Assembly: GCA_009103225.1 (NCBI GenBank)
Contig: RHPI01000026.1
Span: 615,210-679,209, forward strand
DNA from: Chlorokybus atmophyticus
Lineage: Eukaryota; Plantae; Mesostigma and Chlorokybus algae
Length of the DNA: 64,000 nt
Direction of reading: 5' to 3'
Every line of letters starts with the position of its first letter. Position 1 is the first letter of the stretch. The notes below the pieces were generated by a model. The model searched no databases. It saw only the letters and a list, made by a program, of their open reading frames with translations, and was not told the origin of the DNA. Below are positions 43,505 to 56,779 of this stretch, piece by piece. The position numbers and the translations under genes were made by a program.

Positions 43505-46500
43505 GCAAAAGGTGTGCATCCTATGTGCATGCGCGCAGCCATGCCTGCTGTAAGCTGTGACACATTGGGACTTACAAGTTGTCAGCCTCAGACTCACCTA
43601 GCTACCAACATAAGCCACTCGTGCATGAGTAACATCTGATCACAGTAACAGAGGTACAAAGGTGGAAAATATCGACAACACGTGTCTTGCTTACAACATA
43701 AACGACATGCTTGTCATTATGAGGATTAGGGTTAGGGTACGCTACATAAAAATATAATGCTTATGCCGGTTTGTTGCATTGGAATAAGCCATTAAATATA
43801 ATGATGAGAACGCACCAGTCGATTGTATATACAAAAAAGATATTTTGAGTTTGATATACCAGCTGACAATTTGCGGCTAGCATGATACTATAGATTTCAT
43901 TGGATGCAACCATTTATTTTTGTTGCAGCCAATGAGTTTTGTATGATCATCAACATTTATATTTTCAAGAGTATGCTACGCAAGAAGTTTGCAAATCGTG
44001 GAAGCACTTAAACGATTTGCACACTTCGAAAAGTGCACATATGCACGTGTGTGCACCTCTTCATACTATTACTCACGCATGCTTGTGTTTATAACGCAAT
44101 GATCTCCGTAATAAGCTTTTTCTTGACATAATGGATGATGCGCAGCTCGATACGTAAAAAGCAAGCAATCATCACACAATTCAAAAGTTTTCAGTGTTGG
44201 TGAAAAGCCTTTCATGTGCGCCGTCAAGCAAGCGCAAAATCACAAGTTGTAGTAATTTTTAATGTGTGTTGCGTCTTCCCATACAGCACACAAACAAGCT
44301 GACACATGTGCACATGTGTTGTGCAATTTGTATGTTGAAATCAATTATAGACATATGCCCAATGTAATCATATTGCTATCGCTAATCTGAAGACAATTGT
44401 TATGCGAGGGACCCTCAATTTCGAATGACCTCGGCTGATTCTTACAGCCAATACACACCCATCAATTAGAGGCGTATATTGACCGCAGTAGACGATCCCG
44501 AAGAACTACATCAGTGGCACAACGTGGCATGTGGAGGGAGGCTCAGCGCCGCCGACATGGCGGATTTACCGAAGCACAAGCCCGCGAACATTATGGCGGG
44601 AAACTCGGCACGCAGCTGAACAGGCGCAAGGAAGCGCGGGAGGCTTCGAAGCAGTACGGCCGTGGTGTTACAGATCCTTTGCCTAACATTTGTTAGTGTA
44701 ACTGCCAGTTGCTAGCTTGGACATATGTATACTACGTGCAGATGTATAGTTCCTTAATGATACAGCAAGTGTTTAAGTGAAACCGGAGTAACCCAACTAT
44801 TTTGCCATACCGCGGGTCTTATCCTTTCTGTGCTTGCGTATGCATGCTGGCTTGCTTGAGTGTATTCGCGCATATGCCCACTAGTGTTGTACTTGACTGC
44901 TCGCGCTGTACAATTGATTCCTTAGCTTCAACAGATGGTTGTTCATCATTCAGTGTGCGGATGCTATTACCTCTCTTGTGCAAGTTCACACGCTGGCAGT
45001 TTGATTGTTACCTGTGTTCAAATTGCATTTAGTCTGTTGATTCATTTACTTATGAGCAGGCTAGGACTACATACAGTCTGTGTTATGAATCGCAAGGCAT
45101 GTATTATATTCTTGCCATTCGCAAATGCGAATATGTAAGCTTCATTGATAAGGGTGACAGTTACACCCACATAAAGCTATATACTTTCAAGATGCATATC
45201 ATGTTATGGGCAAAGGAGTCCGACATAAGGCACGAGCTCGTAAGACACATTCAAGATGGCACGCATTGTGCATACGACAAATTCCGTTAAAAATGAACTG
45301 TTAGAGCTCGTTGCGCATTTGCTGCACTTCGACAGATGTTTATTACGCCGTGCATGAAAATCTTCAGCATGCCATGCTGATGAGTTATTGCAATTGGCAA
45401 CTGCAGCAGCATTGCTATACCTATATTGTACTTTGACCACATGTTTAGAGTAAGTAGTACTACATGATGGTAAATTGCTTATCATGATGATGCTGCGTTG
45501 ATGCCGCTTGTTGACCGTAAGCTATAACAAATTGTTCGCATGATTTTGTGTGTAGGTATCACCTCTGTTACCAGACTTAAGCTAAGCCAAATTAGATGAG
45601 GCTATATCAACTTTTTGTTTTATCAAGCAAGCTAAAGATGACAAGTGTCACGAAGTTGGTAATAATGAACTTAAGGACTTGGACTTAGGCCCCAACTAAG
45701 TCTTTATGGTCGAGTCCGTGAGGCCCCATGTTATAATGGTATTGGAGCTTGCGACCCGAGCTCAACTCCCACTCGGGGGACCCCCGACGGGGGTAGAATT
45801 GTCGGCGGTCTGAAAAGATCTCAGGACATGCAATGGCTGGGATGGGGCAGAAACAGGAGGAATACTGGGCTAAGTCGCGGCCATGTGGGCATGACGCGAA
45901 AAAGGGGTTACACGTGTAGGGTAAATGGTCATAATTTCGGCGGAATAAGGTTTGGGTTTATGGGTGAAGCTGATTGGTTCATTTTTTGGCGGTGATGTGA
46001 GTGGCAAAGATGAAGCTTAACAAAGTACCAACACGTACATATTTTTTTGAGAATTTTCTGACCTATGACGCGGCAGTTATGCCGCGCCAAAGGAGCATGT
46101 GTATAATGTAGCGGCCAAAAAAGTCCCTTACCTTATTTCGGCGCCAGCTTTGCCTGTGTAAAGGCTGTTTGGCGCCGGCTGTGGCGTGTAAGTGGCGGGT
46201 GATGGGTGGCGCAGGCTGTGGTGACAGTGTCAGCTGCCTGTTTCCCGCCACAGGGGGCGGGAGCAGCTGTCACTCCCTTTCCCGCCACCATGGCGGGAGA
46301 AAGCTGTCCACCAACAAGGCAGTTGTGTGTAGGGTTGTAGCAGCTTAGCAGTTGTTGTGCATGCAGGCGAGGAGGGCGGTGAGGGAGGCGACAGCAGCAG
46401 CAGCAGCGGCAAGCATGTAAGGGTTAGAATGGTACACAGTGTTATGTACAGGGTTACGTTCTATGCTAGGCTAGGGTAGCTAGGCTGCTGTCTAAGTTGG

Positions 46501-46646
46501 GCTGCCCGCTTAGCCCGCCACCTTGCACCAGCTTGCTTGCAGTCCTGTCTCTCCCAACCTTTGGCAATACGGTGCTTGATCCATTCTCCCCAGTTTAGGA
46601 AGGGGAGATGCTTCTCGCTCACCCACAGCATAGGGTCCCACTCCCA

Positions 46647-48920
46647 TTAATTCATAAGCGCTGTTGCCTCCTGCCTTGTCCTGTCACGTTGCTCTTGTTC
46701 CAAGCGCTGTGCTTCTGCCTTCTCAGCTTGCGCTTGTATTTGCTGGTCTTGTGTTGTTGCTGCTTCTGCTGCCCTTGCTTGCTTCCTTGCTTCCTTGCAG
46801 CCGTGCTTCTCTGCTGCTTTGCGTGCCTGCTCCTCTTTCCTTGCTGCAGCTGCCTCAGTCTTCTCAGCAGCAGGAGCAGCACAATCTTCTGCTGCTGCAG
46901 CACGGGCTGCCTTCCTTGCTTGCACTGCCTCTTTCTCAGCTCACCTCTCTTCGTCTATCTCAAACTGTCTGTTTTTGATATCCTCGTGTGTCAGCCACTC
47001 CGCAGTCTTGGGTCTCACCCCAGCCTTCCTTTTCTTCAGCGGTTGAGGGGCGCTGGCATTTGCTGCAGTTGCTGCTTCCTCCTCCACAACAGGCTCAACC
47101 TCTGGCTCGGGATCAGCACCCTCCATGGCATCCACAAGCACATCCAGCAGTCCCTTCACAGGCTCTAGAGGGAGGTATTTGTCTACAGCACGGTCATTCC
47201 AGGGCGAGATTCCTGCACATGTGCATGTGTTAGTCATCTTGTGCATGCACATGCATGTGTGTTGCATGCATGCTGAGTTGCTTACCGCAAGCCTTGAAGC
47301 CTGCCAGTATGTTGTCTCTGCTCAGCTCTGCATGGAAGCATGGCACAAGCATTTGCAGGAAATCCTCATTACGTAGCCCTCTGACATGTCTGTGCGTGCG
47401 TCCATGCAGCATACTCCTTCTTGTACTGAGCTTTGAAGCTTGAGAAGCAGGATACGTTGAGCACCTGGAGCCTGTGTGTCGTATGTGGAGGGAGGACCAG
47501 GATCTCCAGTCCCATCCCCTTGCACTTGTCTATTGTCTCCACATTGTATCTACTTACATGTCCATCACAGATCAGTAATGCTGGGTTGCTGAGCGAGATG
47601 CCACCAGGCATGTGTCTTGCCAGGAAGTCAATTTATGTGCCAAAGTGCTCGGTGGTCATCCAGGTATTCTCTTGGCAGCTCAGGGACGCACCAGGGATGG
47701 AAAAGGCATCTGACCATTCTGGGTAAAGGTGCTTGCCAGCCAGGATTGCTGTTGGGGGGATGGCGTAGCCTGACCCTGTTACTGCTGCCATCACGGTAAT
47801 GTGTTGCCTAGCCCCTGATGTTGCCAACTGAGCATACTTGCACCCTCTGCAACATAGGTGCGTGTTAGCATGAGCTTTTAATAGTATGAGCATGTGCATG
47901 TGCATGTGCATGAAATAGTATACAAGGAGTCGCTGACCTTTTTACTAAGACAGTTTGGTTTCTCATGGTGGAATCCGGTTCTATGCCAATCTCATCACAC
48001 CAGATAAGACGCTCTGGTCCTGTGCCCATCTCCTCAACCACTTCCTTCAACTTCTGGAAATAGTGTTTAACTATCCACCTCCGGAAGCTGGTGCGTCCGC
48101 TGGCATCTACAAGCTCAGCCTTGCGCTTGCTAAGCTTGTGCCTCTTTATAAAGCCTCTCACCCACTTCTCTCCAGGTATACCGTCCTTGAACTCCTCCCT
48201 CCTCTTGTCATTCCTCAGCACCTTGGCAACATGCATCGCAATGTCCGCTTGTGTCACGGCTTGTCCAATGTCGTTTTGCCAATTGAGCAATGCCACCAAC
48301 TGACTCTCCTCTGCTTGCGTAAGCACACTTGGCCTCCCTGCCCCCCTGCAGCACAGGTAATGAGGTCACATATAGCACACACATACACACATATCACACA
48401 TACACAGATCACACTAGTAATAGTTTACTTGTATTTCTGCAGGCGCTCAGGGTTGGCAATGTAGTCCTTAAGTGTTGACTCTGGCAGGCTTAGGTCTCTG
48501 GAAGCCTCAGCAGCAGACATGCAACCCTCCTTGATGGCGACCATAGCCTCCTGCACCTTGGGCAGCAGTGCTTCTCTGTCCTTCTTCTTCATATATGGGC
48601 CCCTCTTGTGCTTGTTCAGTTGTGCCTTTGCGCGCAGCTGAACTTGTTTGTTGGTCACGCGTTTGGCACTGCTGGCTGCAGTCCTTCTCACCTGCCAGCA
48701 GAGTACGAATACAAAGGCACAATGAAATGCTGGCAATAGGTGCAACACATGGGCGAGGATGAGAAGACCTCTGAGCCCAACAGTAACAAAGATAGCATTG
48801 TCCATAGCATAGAGTTGGAGGAGCAAACAGCAACTTACTTGTGTAGGCATAGCAACCTTGTAATGCTGCTTGTACCCTCACACCGAGTTCGTGTGCCTCA
48901 CACTCCTTGCATGCTAGCAC
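46647..48920 (-). pseudogene. pogo-type transposase (HTH_psq, CENP-B/Tc5 HTH, DDE_1, coiled-coil tail), intron-containing, disrupted
   Basis: MSAAEASRDLSLPESTL; GRPSVLT..EKWVRGFIKRH; IWCDEIG; LLICDGHVSR; LPPHTTHRLQVL. Stops at ~47633 and ~46941, and a frameshift near 47370. Confidence 0.88.
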
Positions 48921-49104
48921 TGCTCCCTACCACTTGTGTGCGTGCACCCAAGCATGACACCCTCAGCAAAACACCAACACAAAGCAAATGGAACACCTTA
49001 GTCGCGTTAGACCAAGCAGCTAGCAGTGCCAACTATGTTAGCTTGCACGTTACGCATGTTGCTTTAGGGGTGCCACACTAACTTCTTGGTTTCTTAGCTG
49101 AATA

Positions 49105-49370
49105 GGCTGAAACTTTGTAGCAAGTTGCTTTTGCTATTAACTAACACAATGCAACAAACCGCAAGCCCAAAGCTAGTCTAAGTACAAAGTTATAGCTTTT
49201 ACAAAAATAAAAAGTGTTACGCGTATACGCGATAGGGGGGGCACACTAAGTTGCTCATATCTAATTCAATCAAGCTGAAACTTGGATAGAAGTTGCTTTA
49301 TTACCTAACTAAAATACTGCAGCAAACCACATATCAAAACTCATTCGCATTCAAAAGTTATATCAGTTAG
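49105..49370. repeat. Two ~95-bp subterminal direct repeats in the pogo element
   Basis: gctgaaactt..aagttgcttt..taacta..tgca.caaacc..aaagttata at ~49107 and ~49273. Confidence 0.6.
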
Positions 49371-50633
49371 CCACTATGACATAGCATTTTACCTAAATTA
49401 AATAATTTCAAAAATTCACATCTCCCGCTATATACTTGTCCAAATGGCCCCGTTTTTGAACCAAACGTCGCGCCTATGCCTAATCAAGCGGCTCCTAAGA
49501 GCCCACCGCGATCCACGGCTCACAGCGCTCCCTATAGTCAAAAAAGCGCAATCGCCGAAGTTGGGTTGCCCGCCGAAATTAGGACCATTTACCCTACCTA
49601 AAGCTTTGTCACCGAACAATGGACTATGCCACGATGGTACCGTCGCGGCATAGTATCCTTTTGATTGTTGGCAATGGCCGATAGAATGGCCGATGGGGAC
49701 GCGTAAGACGCGACTGACGCAGGTCAGTGAGGTCCGCTAGGGACTAGTGGCAGCGCAGGGGCCAAATGCCCGGGGCGCGACCTGTGAAAGACCGGCAGCG
49801 TTAACTGTGCGGCAAAGTATATACAGTCAAGCCCGAGGGGCTTCCAGCTGCTATTCACTGCGTCCAGGGGTCCGATGTGGGTCGACTGTTGTTGATGGTG
49901 AACCGAGTTGTATTTTGACGGTTGTCATTACGTGTTGACGAGCGTGCAGCGTGACTGGGTTCGCTGCCGTTTGCACTTGGCGATGAGTGTTGATGGCGAC
50001 GCAGTCAATGCTGCAACGTCAGAGCGCTGACATGTCGCCCACTGTTTGCAGTGCATACTTGCTCGCACAATTCGCATTTTACAAAACGCGCTCTTTTCGC
50101 AGCGGTTAGGGCCGCAACGACGTCAACTGAGCGCGACTACGGCGCTCAATTAACGTCCATGCCAACTTGTCATGACGTCGACACCAGTTAACAAAAAGAG
50201 ACAAAATCAGCTCGCGGTGACGGCGACACTACACGACTAACGTCAATTGGAAACGGCACAGACAGCCGGTGGGCCCAGAAGGGGCTTGCAAGAAGGATTA
50301 GACATCCGCCGTTGCTGCTTTTGGGCCTTTCAATGGCCACGATGTCAGGGGGCCGTTGTGAGATCGCGATAAGTGCGTGAAGGTTTGTGAGTATGTGTGC
50401 GCTTTTATGTTATGACTTGTGACCTCGCGTGCTACATTGGGTCTTAACCAAGCGTGTTTGGCTGTGAGGTCATGTGCCTCCTTGTGACGTTGTGAGGGCT
50501 TCCTCGTTGTGAATTTATGTGAGGGTTTGTGAGTATGCGTGTACTTGCGTGCATGCTCTGTCGGTGCGCGCGGGATGTGTTTTGAATTTAATTGGGGAGC
50601 GGCGGTGGCAACGGCGGCGGCGGCGGCGGCGGC

Positions 50634-53600
50634 ATGGATCAGTCTGAACAGGGGCAGACTTCCCCTAGTGAGGGGGCTGGTGGGGTCCAGTGTACACAGC
50701 ACCCATCGCTGCCAGCTCAGGAGGCTGGCACGGAGGCCAGCACCTCCCCGGGGACTGAGGCGAGGAAGGCTAAGCGGAAGAAGCATGCGGATGCGCAGAA
50801 GGCTGTTAGGGTAGCCACAAAGCTAAAGGAGGAGTCCATGATGAGAGCTCTCCGTCGTGATTGCAACTTGCATGAATCATGTGTGCCATACCATGTTGTA
50901 TTCAATGCAATAACTAGTGGCAAGAAGTGGAGGTACCACGCGGAGAATGACGCTTTCCACCAACTTGAGGTGAGTATGCAGTGTTGGATTAATGGGTAAC
51001 GTGGTCGTGTGGACTGAGCAAGATGAGTGTGCTTGTAGGGTGACTTTGTGGAGCGTATAGCTGTGCATGCTGCTATGCCAAGTGTAGGTAGAGCCATGCC
51101 GCATACCCCACCCCCTAGTGAGGCTGGCATGACACCTGCGTTTCAGAAGGCTCTGATGCGCAATGCTGATGTGAGTAGCTGTATTAAATGGTCTGGTTGT
51201 ACTCGTTGATTGTATTGTATTGGTAATGGTGATTATTGGTGTAATTGTGCACGCAGGGCCAGTTGGTGGAGGTCACGCTGCCGGCTGGCTCAGTGGGCTT
51301 CACGCCTGACAGGGGGCCTCATCGTTTACTCCTAGGCCAGGACTTGGAGAGCGCACCAATCTGCACCCCTCACAGTCTTCGCAGCAGCACTCTAGCCACT
51401 ACTGGGGCACAGGTGGTTAGGGGTTGGGATAGGGTAGTTAAGCTTAGCACCCATGCCCGGTAGCGAACTCATGCGTACGTCTGTTGACTTTGCTGGTGCT
51501 GCTGTGCAGGCAATGCAGATGAACATGCTTGTGATAGATGTGCACAATGGCAGACCATGTGCCACGAGTCTACTGCAGAGTCAATCAGCTTGCGTGCAAT
51601 CACCAATGCACAAGCCATGCATGTGGAGGAGTTGCAGGCTTCACTGTCTATGACAAGCAACCAGAGACAAGTGAGAGCATTCAGTTGCAACCAGGCATTA
51701 GTTGTGGCAGTGTACGAGGGTATATATAAGATATGCAAAGGCCAGTGTGGTAATTGATATTTGTCAACCCTTAGAGCCTGAACGCTGAGTCACAAAGAAG
51801 TGTGGAGGAAACATGCTCCCTATAAACTCAGTTGGGAAGGTGCCAGATGGAGCTCACAGGTGTGAGTGAGGACCTAGCTTGCAGCAGGTCTATGGTTCAG
51901 CAGTATCAGTCGCAGTTGTTAAATCTACAGAACCAGCTACGAGATGACGGCAGTAGGCAGTCTGCGCTTAGGGCTGGGGTGTGGCCAGAGTCTGTGGCTA
52001 CCATGCGAGATGCAGCTGAAGCACTGGTGGATGAGGGGCCAGCTACAGATGCGTGCAAGGCGGTGGCGAGATGATTGCAAGACGAGGATGCCGCTCTCTT
52101 GCTGCAGGAGTGGGCACTGCGTAGTGGTGTCGCCACTCGGGTGCTGTCACAGGCATTGCATCGTGTTTTTTGGGCTGTTCTGGAGCAACTGACGGGATCC
52201 CCAAAGCTTGGCACTGTGCTGCTGGTGCGAGGCACTGATCATGGCCGTGCATTGGCGAAGGCTGTGTATGCTGGCTGGGTGCTGCGGAAGCCCAAAGAGT
52301 CAGCTGTAAATACAAATTAAAGTATGGGGGTTGTCAATGAGCAACTGCTACGGCATCTTAGCAAGTGCGTTCAACAAGCAGCTGCGGTGCGTGTCAAGGG
52401 TAATGCAGAGGGAACACCTGACTGGCGGTCTCTGCACATGAGAGATGAGTTGGATAGTAGGCAAGAGGACGTGGTGAAGGTGTTGAAGGCCTTCACAGGC
52501 TTGTGGATTGCGGAGAGAGCTGCTGTGCGGGCTGGTTGTGATGATGATTGTGTGAAGGATCGCCTGAAAGTCATGCGCAATGAGACAGCAGTGATATATG
52601 CTAATGCACTTTACGCACGCAACCCCAAGGCATACTCAAAGTTTCACCTGGTGCTAGCCGACTATGTAGAGGGCTTTTGTGCCAAACCAAAGCTGCTGCA
52701 CATGATGAATCGTCTTGGGTTATGTGTGAGCCGCTACACACTCAACAGGTCAGTCCAGCAAGGTGATTATGCTGCACCGTGATTACCTGGCAGCTGGTGT
52801 AACGGCCTGTGCTGACCTGGTGTGCTGTGGACCTTGTAGGCATGTCACAACGATAACAACTGCCATGGCAACTGCCCCCTTGCAGTTTGGCCATGCGGAC
52901 GAGTTAGTAGTGTGCAGTAGTGACAACCTCGACTTTCAACAGTCACATACACTGATGTATATGGGCAAGGAGTCGTCCCACGGCTTGCATTGCACCACCA
53001 CACAGGCTATCGTTACATGGCCTCGAGCACAATGTGACTTTCAGCCCGAAGTCAGCATGACTAAGGTCAGCAGACAATGAGGGTGCTGTGTTGCAGTGCA
53101 AACTACTTGATGGTGCAGGACACCTATTAACAGGTGGTGTTGTGGCAGCCTGTGAGATGGCGTACCTTGAGAGAGGCTTGCATCCCAGTACGCATGGACT
53201 TGGACCACCAGCGTCCGTTTCTGCAAGTGCCACGAAGATTCTTGGCGCTGCCATCACCAGACATTATGGTGTACTTGAATGATGGAGAGCAAAAAGCGCT
53301 AGACCTGTTTCACGTGGCATTATTTCAGGCAATCAACGGCAGGCGCAGGAGTGAAGGACAGCAGTCACATACTCTGAAGCATGAGTATGCAGCACTGCGC
53401 ATGTGTGGTGATCGCCCTAGATCATCCATTCACTTCCTTCCCCTCTTGCCAATCAATCCAGACAAACGCGAGCACCTGAAGTTGGCACTCGCAGAAATAC
53501 AAGCCAAGGTGTTAGAACCCTCTGGCATGAGCAGCATGCTGATAGCTGGAGATCAGAAGACATATGCACTCATTCTCGAGATTAAGGCATTGGAGCCAGG

Positions 53601-56451
53601 TTTCTGGGATTGGGTCCTTCCCATGATACGTGACTGGCATGTGCTGTTCAATATGCAGCCTGTGGTGTTGAAGATCTTCTTTGACGCTGGTTTGGATTGC
53701 CTGGCCCCGAGTGCTGGCTTTGCCATTTGTACAGCACGCAATGCTCTTGTGGACGGGAGAAACTGGAAACGCAACAACTCGTTCCTCATGCAAGGCTTCG
53801 AGGCTGTGTATCGTGCACAGCTTGAAGCGTTTGAGGCTTCCGCTCACTACCAGCGTCACCTAGAGAGGTGGATACTCAACACTCACCCAATCTCTGCAGA
53901 GAATGCAGCAATCAGTTACCACACCGAATTTGTGGCCTATGGAGCTGCAAGAGCTGAGAGAGACAGCACATGGGCGCTCTGGTGGCATTTTACACAACGT
54001 GATTGCCTACCTTATGTTACTTTATACTTTGCCACCAGGACGAGTGATTGGCAGCTTTGTTGTGCATCCTTGAAGATGCTTGCACCTCTGGCCTTCGCCT
54101 GGGACAGGCCACATTATCAGAGGGTGTTTAGCAGTCACCTGACTGATCTGCGCACTTGGCCTGCTAGTGTTTTGCAACTGCTTGGTGATGGGCACTTTGC
54201 AGTGTCCAGCGGGAGATGGGCTGCAAGCGTAGCTTGCGACGAGGCTCATGAAATGGTGATCAACCGTGACCAGAAGCAGTGCATCAGCAGGCCCAGCGAG
54301 GAGTACCTGCGTCGCAAGACTCTGCACCTGACAACACGAGCTGCCAGCATGAAGAATTTGGACGCTCAAGTGCTACCACCTCCCAGACCACTCCCAGAGT
54401 GGGATTACAAGCGGACACTCAGCACAGTGGCACACATGACAGACACCATCAACAGTGCCGCTCACTTGATGGTTGAACATGACCAGGAGCTGCAGCACCT
54501 GGTGCGCAAGGTGGCCGCAGAACCTGGTGCTGCAGCTGACCAAGCGCGACATTACACACTTGGGATCGAGGGATTCAGGGTTTTCATACAAAACAAGTAT
54601 TGCAACAACTAAGGCGTGGTCAAAGTGAAGCGGAACAACCTAAGAACAATGGCAACTATCAGTAAGAAGGGCAATAGTGCAAGAACTGCTAGAAGGGTGG
54701 CTAAGGACCATGCACAAGTCATGCGAAAGCTCGCATCCAACGACCTACCTCCAGAACACTTGACTGCGAGGTACCTGGAGATACCTCAAGCATTCTTCAA
54801 TGTGGAAGGCAACATGCGTTAGGGTAACAAGGCTGCATTTCTGGCTAAGCTTGCAGAGAGCAGTCCAAAAGCCTGTGCTGAGCGCTTTCCCACCAGCACT
54901 GAGTGCTATATCACGGAGGGCATGTTCATCATACAACAAGCGCCTGCAGACACCATCATTATCTATGGAGACTACCTGCAGCAGTTGGTGAGAATACACC
55001 TGCGTCCTCGCTTCGCTGCTAATAGCATTCGGGAAGTGCATATCGTATTTGATGACCCACGGCATGCAACGGGCGTCAAATCCAGCCTGCAGGCTAGAAG
55101 AGACGCCACTTCTGTTAATGACACAGACAGGATTGTGATAGGATTAGAGAAGGCACTGCCAGGGAGGTGGCGCCAGCTGCTGAACAACCGTAATGCCAAG
55201 CGCGAACTGTGCAGCCTGATCACCGAATACTTGCCAACTTATGCGGCGCAGTGGTTGCGCAATGGCCAGAAACTTATCCTGGCTGGAGGGAGCGACCACC
55301 CACAATATCAGCAAGGTGCTCGAATTCTCCAACACATTGAAGACGAAATCAGCATTAGCCAAGACACTTCACTGGACTGCAATCACTGTGAAGCAGACAG
55401 TAAGGTGTGGTTCCATGTAGAGAACACACCTTGCAATCAGGTCGTTATCTAATCACCTGACACGGACATCACAATAGTTGGGTTGGCTGCTATGCAGCAA
55501 GGGCTACTGCAGTCCAAACAAGTCTCAGTGCAGACCAGCCTCGAGAGGGCCTCCTCCACACGTCCACATTTCATCCACCTCAACCCACATCTACTGGGCC
55601 TGCGACAACAACCGCAGTTAAGACACACACCAAGCCAAGCTGCAGGACATTACATCATGCTGTTTTTCGCTGCCACTGGCAGCGACTATACAAGCTACAT
55701 TGCAGGTATGGGAAAGGTGTGGCTCTGGCAAACAGTGGCAAGAACTGACGCATAATTCATTTCAAGAGACATGGCACTGCAAATACCTGAAGCAATGCTG
55801 TTGCGCTTGATGGGTTGTGCTTACTTTCGGAAGTATGCAAGACACTTCCAATGCCCCAGCCCAACAGCATTATTTCACGACACATGTGGTGCCCATGCAA
55901 GCAAACATGACATACATACACTCACCCTTTGGTTAGCAGCCATCCACGATGCCACATGGCATACATTCTGGAAAGAAGAGGATAGAATGCCAACAGTGGA
56001 TGCCATGTTATTTTACTGCAAGCGAGCATGCTGGGTGGTGAAGATGTGGCTGCAGGCTCCACGACAGCACTTGATGACAACACCGTTGTCAGAGCATGGT
56101 TTCACACAGCAAGACAACTTGTGGACGGCACAGCTAGACACACCAGAGAACATGACAAGCGCTCGAGGACGGAGACTTCTTTTATTGAAGGGGTGTGGCT
56201 GTTCGAAGACGGCGTGCAGCAACAACCAATGTCGTTGCAAGCGTGCTGGGCTTCCCTGTACTAGCAGCCGCAAGTGCACGCAATGCAACAACAGACACAA
56301 AGCAACTCCAGCACCACCACCACCAGTGGCACCATCCATGCCCAGAGTGCAGACACAAACCCAGTACCAAGACCGCATGTATGACCTTGATTCCTCGTCG
56401 TCCTCCAGCGATGAGGAAGACGAAACCCTTAAAGATAATGCAGAAGAGTAA
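50634..56451 (+). pseudogene. Academ transposase: DUF6589-like DDE core, XPG/FEN1-like 5' nuclease, Cys8 (CXC-like) finger; disrupted
   Basis: DDE motifs SSDNLD, IAGDQKT..DWH, DEAHEMVIN. XPG motifs TEG, IVFDD, HCEADSK, SPDTDI, TGSDYTSYIAGMGK. C-terminal CGCSKTACSNNQCRCKRAGLPCTSSRKCTQCNN. 53134-56451 is one frame with stops at 54610, 54820, 55450 and 55753. 5' GT-AG introns. Confidence 0.87.
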
Positions 56452-56706
56452 GAATAAAACCCAGAACCAGAAGATGAGTATGCAGAAGACGACAGTGCTG
56501 CTCAGAGAGACTGGGAGACAAATGCAGCCAATGCCCAGGACTGGGTGGAATTGGTAGAAACCCTAGACCTTGAGGACTTAGACTGTTAGCACTAGAGATT
56601 GCTGTTATGCAAGTGCTCCCAGCAGATGCTCATCCATGCAAAAGCATGTAGTATGCAACACTGCATGAGCACCATCATGTGCCCCCCCCCCCCCCCCCCC
56701 CCCCCC

Positions 56707-56779
56707 NNNNNNNNNNNNNNNNNNNNNNNNNNNNNNNNNNNNNNNNNNNNNNNNNNNNNNNNNNNNNNNNNNNNNNNNN
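56707..56779. other. Assembly gap (73 N) flanked by C runs, inside the Academ element
   Basis: N run in the sequence. Confidence 0.99.

Larger units (their letters stand above)
45919..49594 (-). mobile_element. Full-length pogo/Tigger-like (Tc1-mariner superfamily) DNA transposon, 3676 bp
   Basis: 25-bp TIRs GGGTAAATGGTC(A/C)TAATTTCGGCGG (24/25 identical) at 45919-45943 and 49570-49594, each flanked by TA. Confidence 0.93.

Noticed and set aside
43725-43737. TTAGGGTTAGGG as an interstitial telomere
   Set aside because: Only two units, expected by chance or as a telo-box.
45645-45915. Solo LTR starting TGTCACGAAG like the chromovirus LTR
   Set aside because: Similarity stops after ~10 bp; no matching end or TSD.
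49622-49654. Imperfect hairpin as a Helitron 3' end
   Set aside because: Not followed by CTRR at the expected distance.
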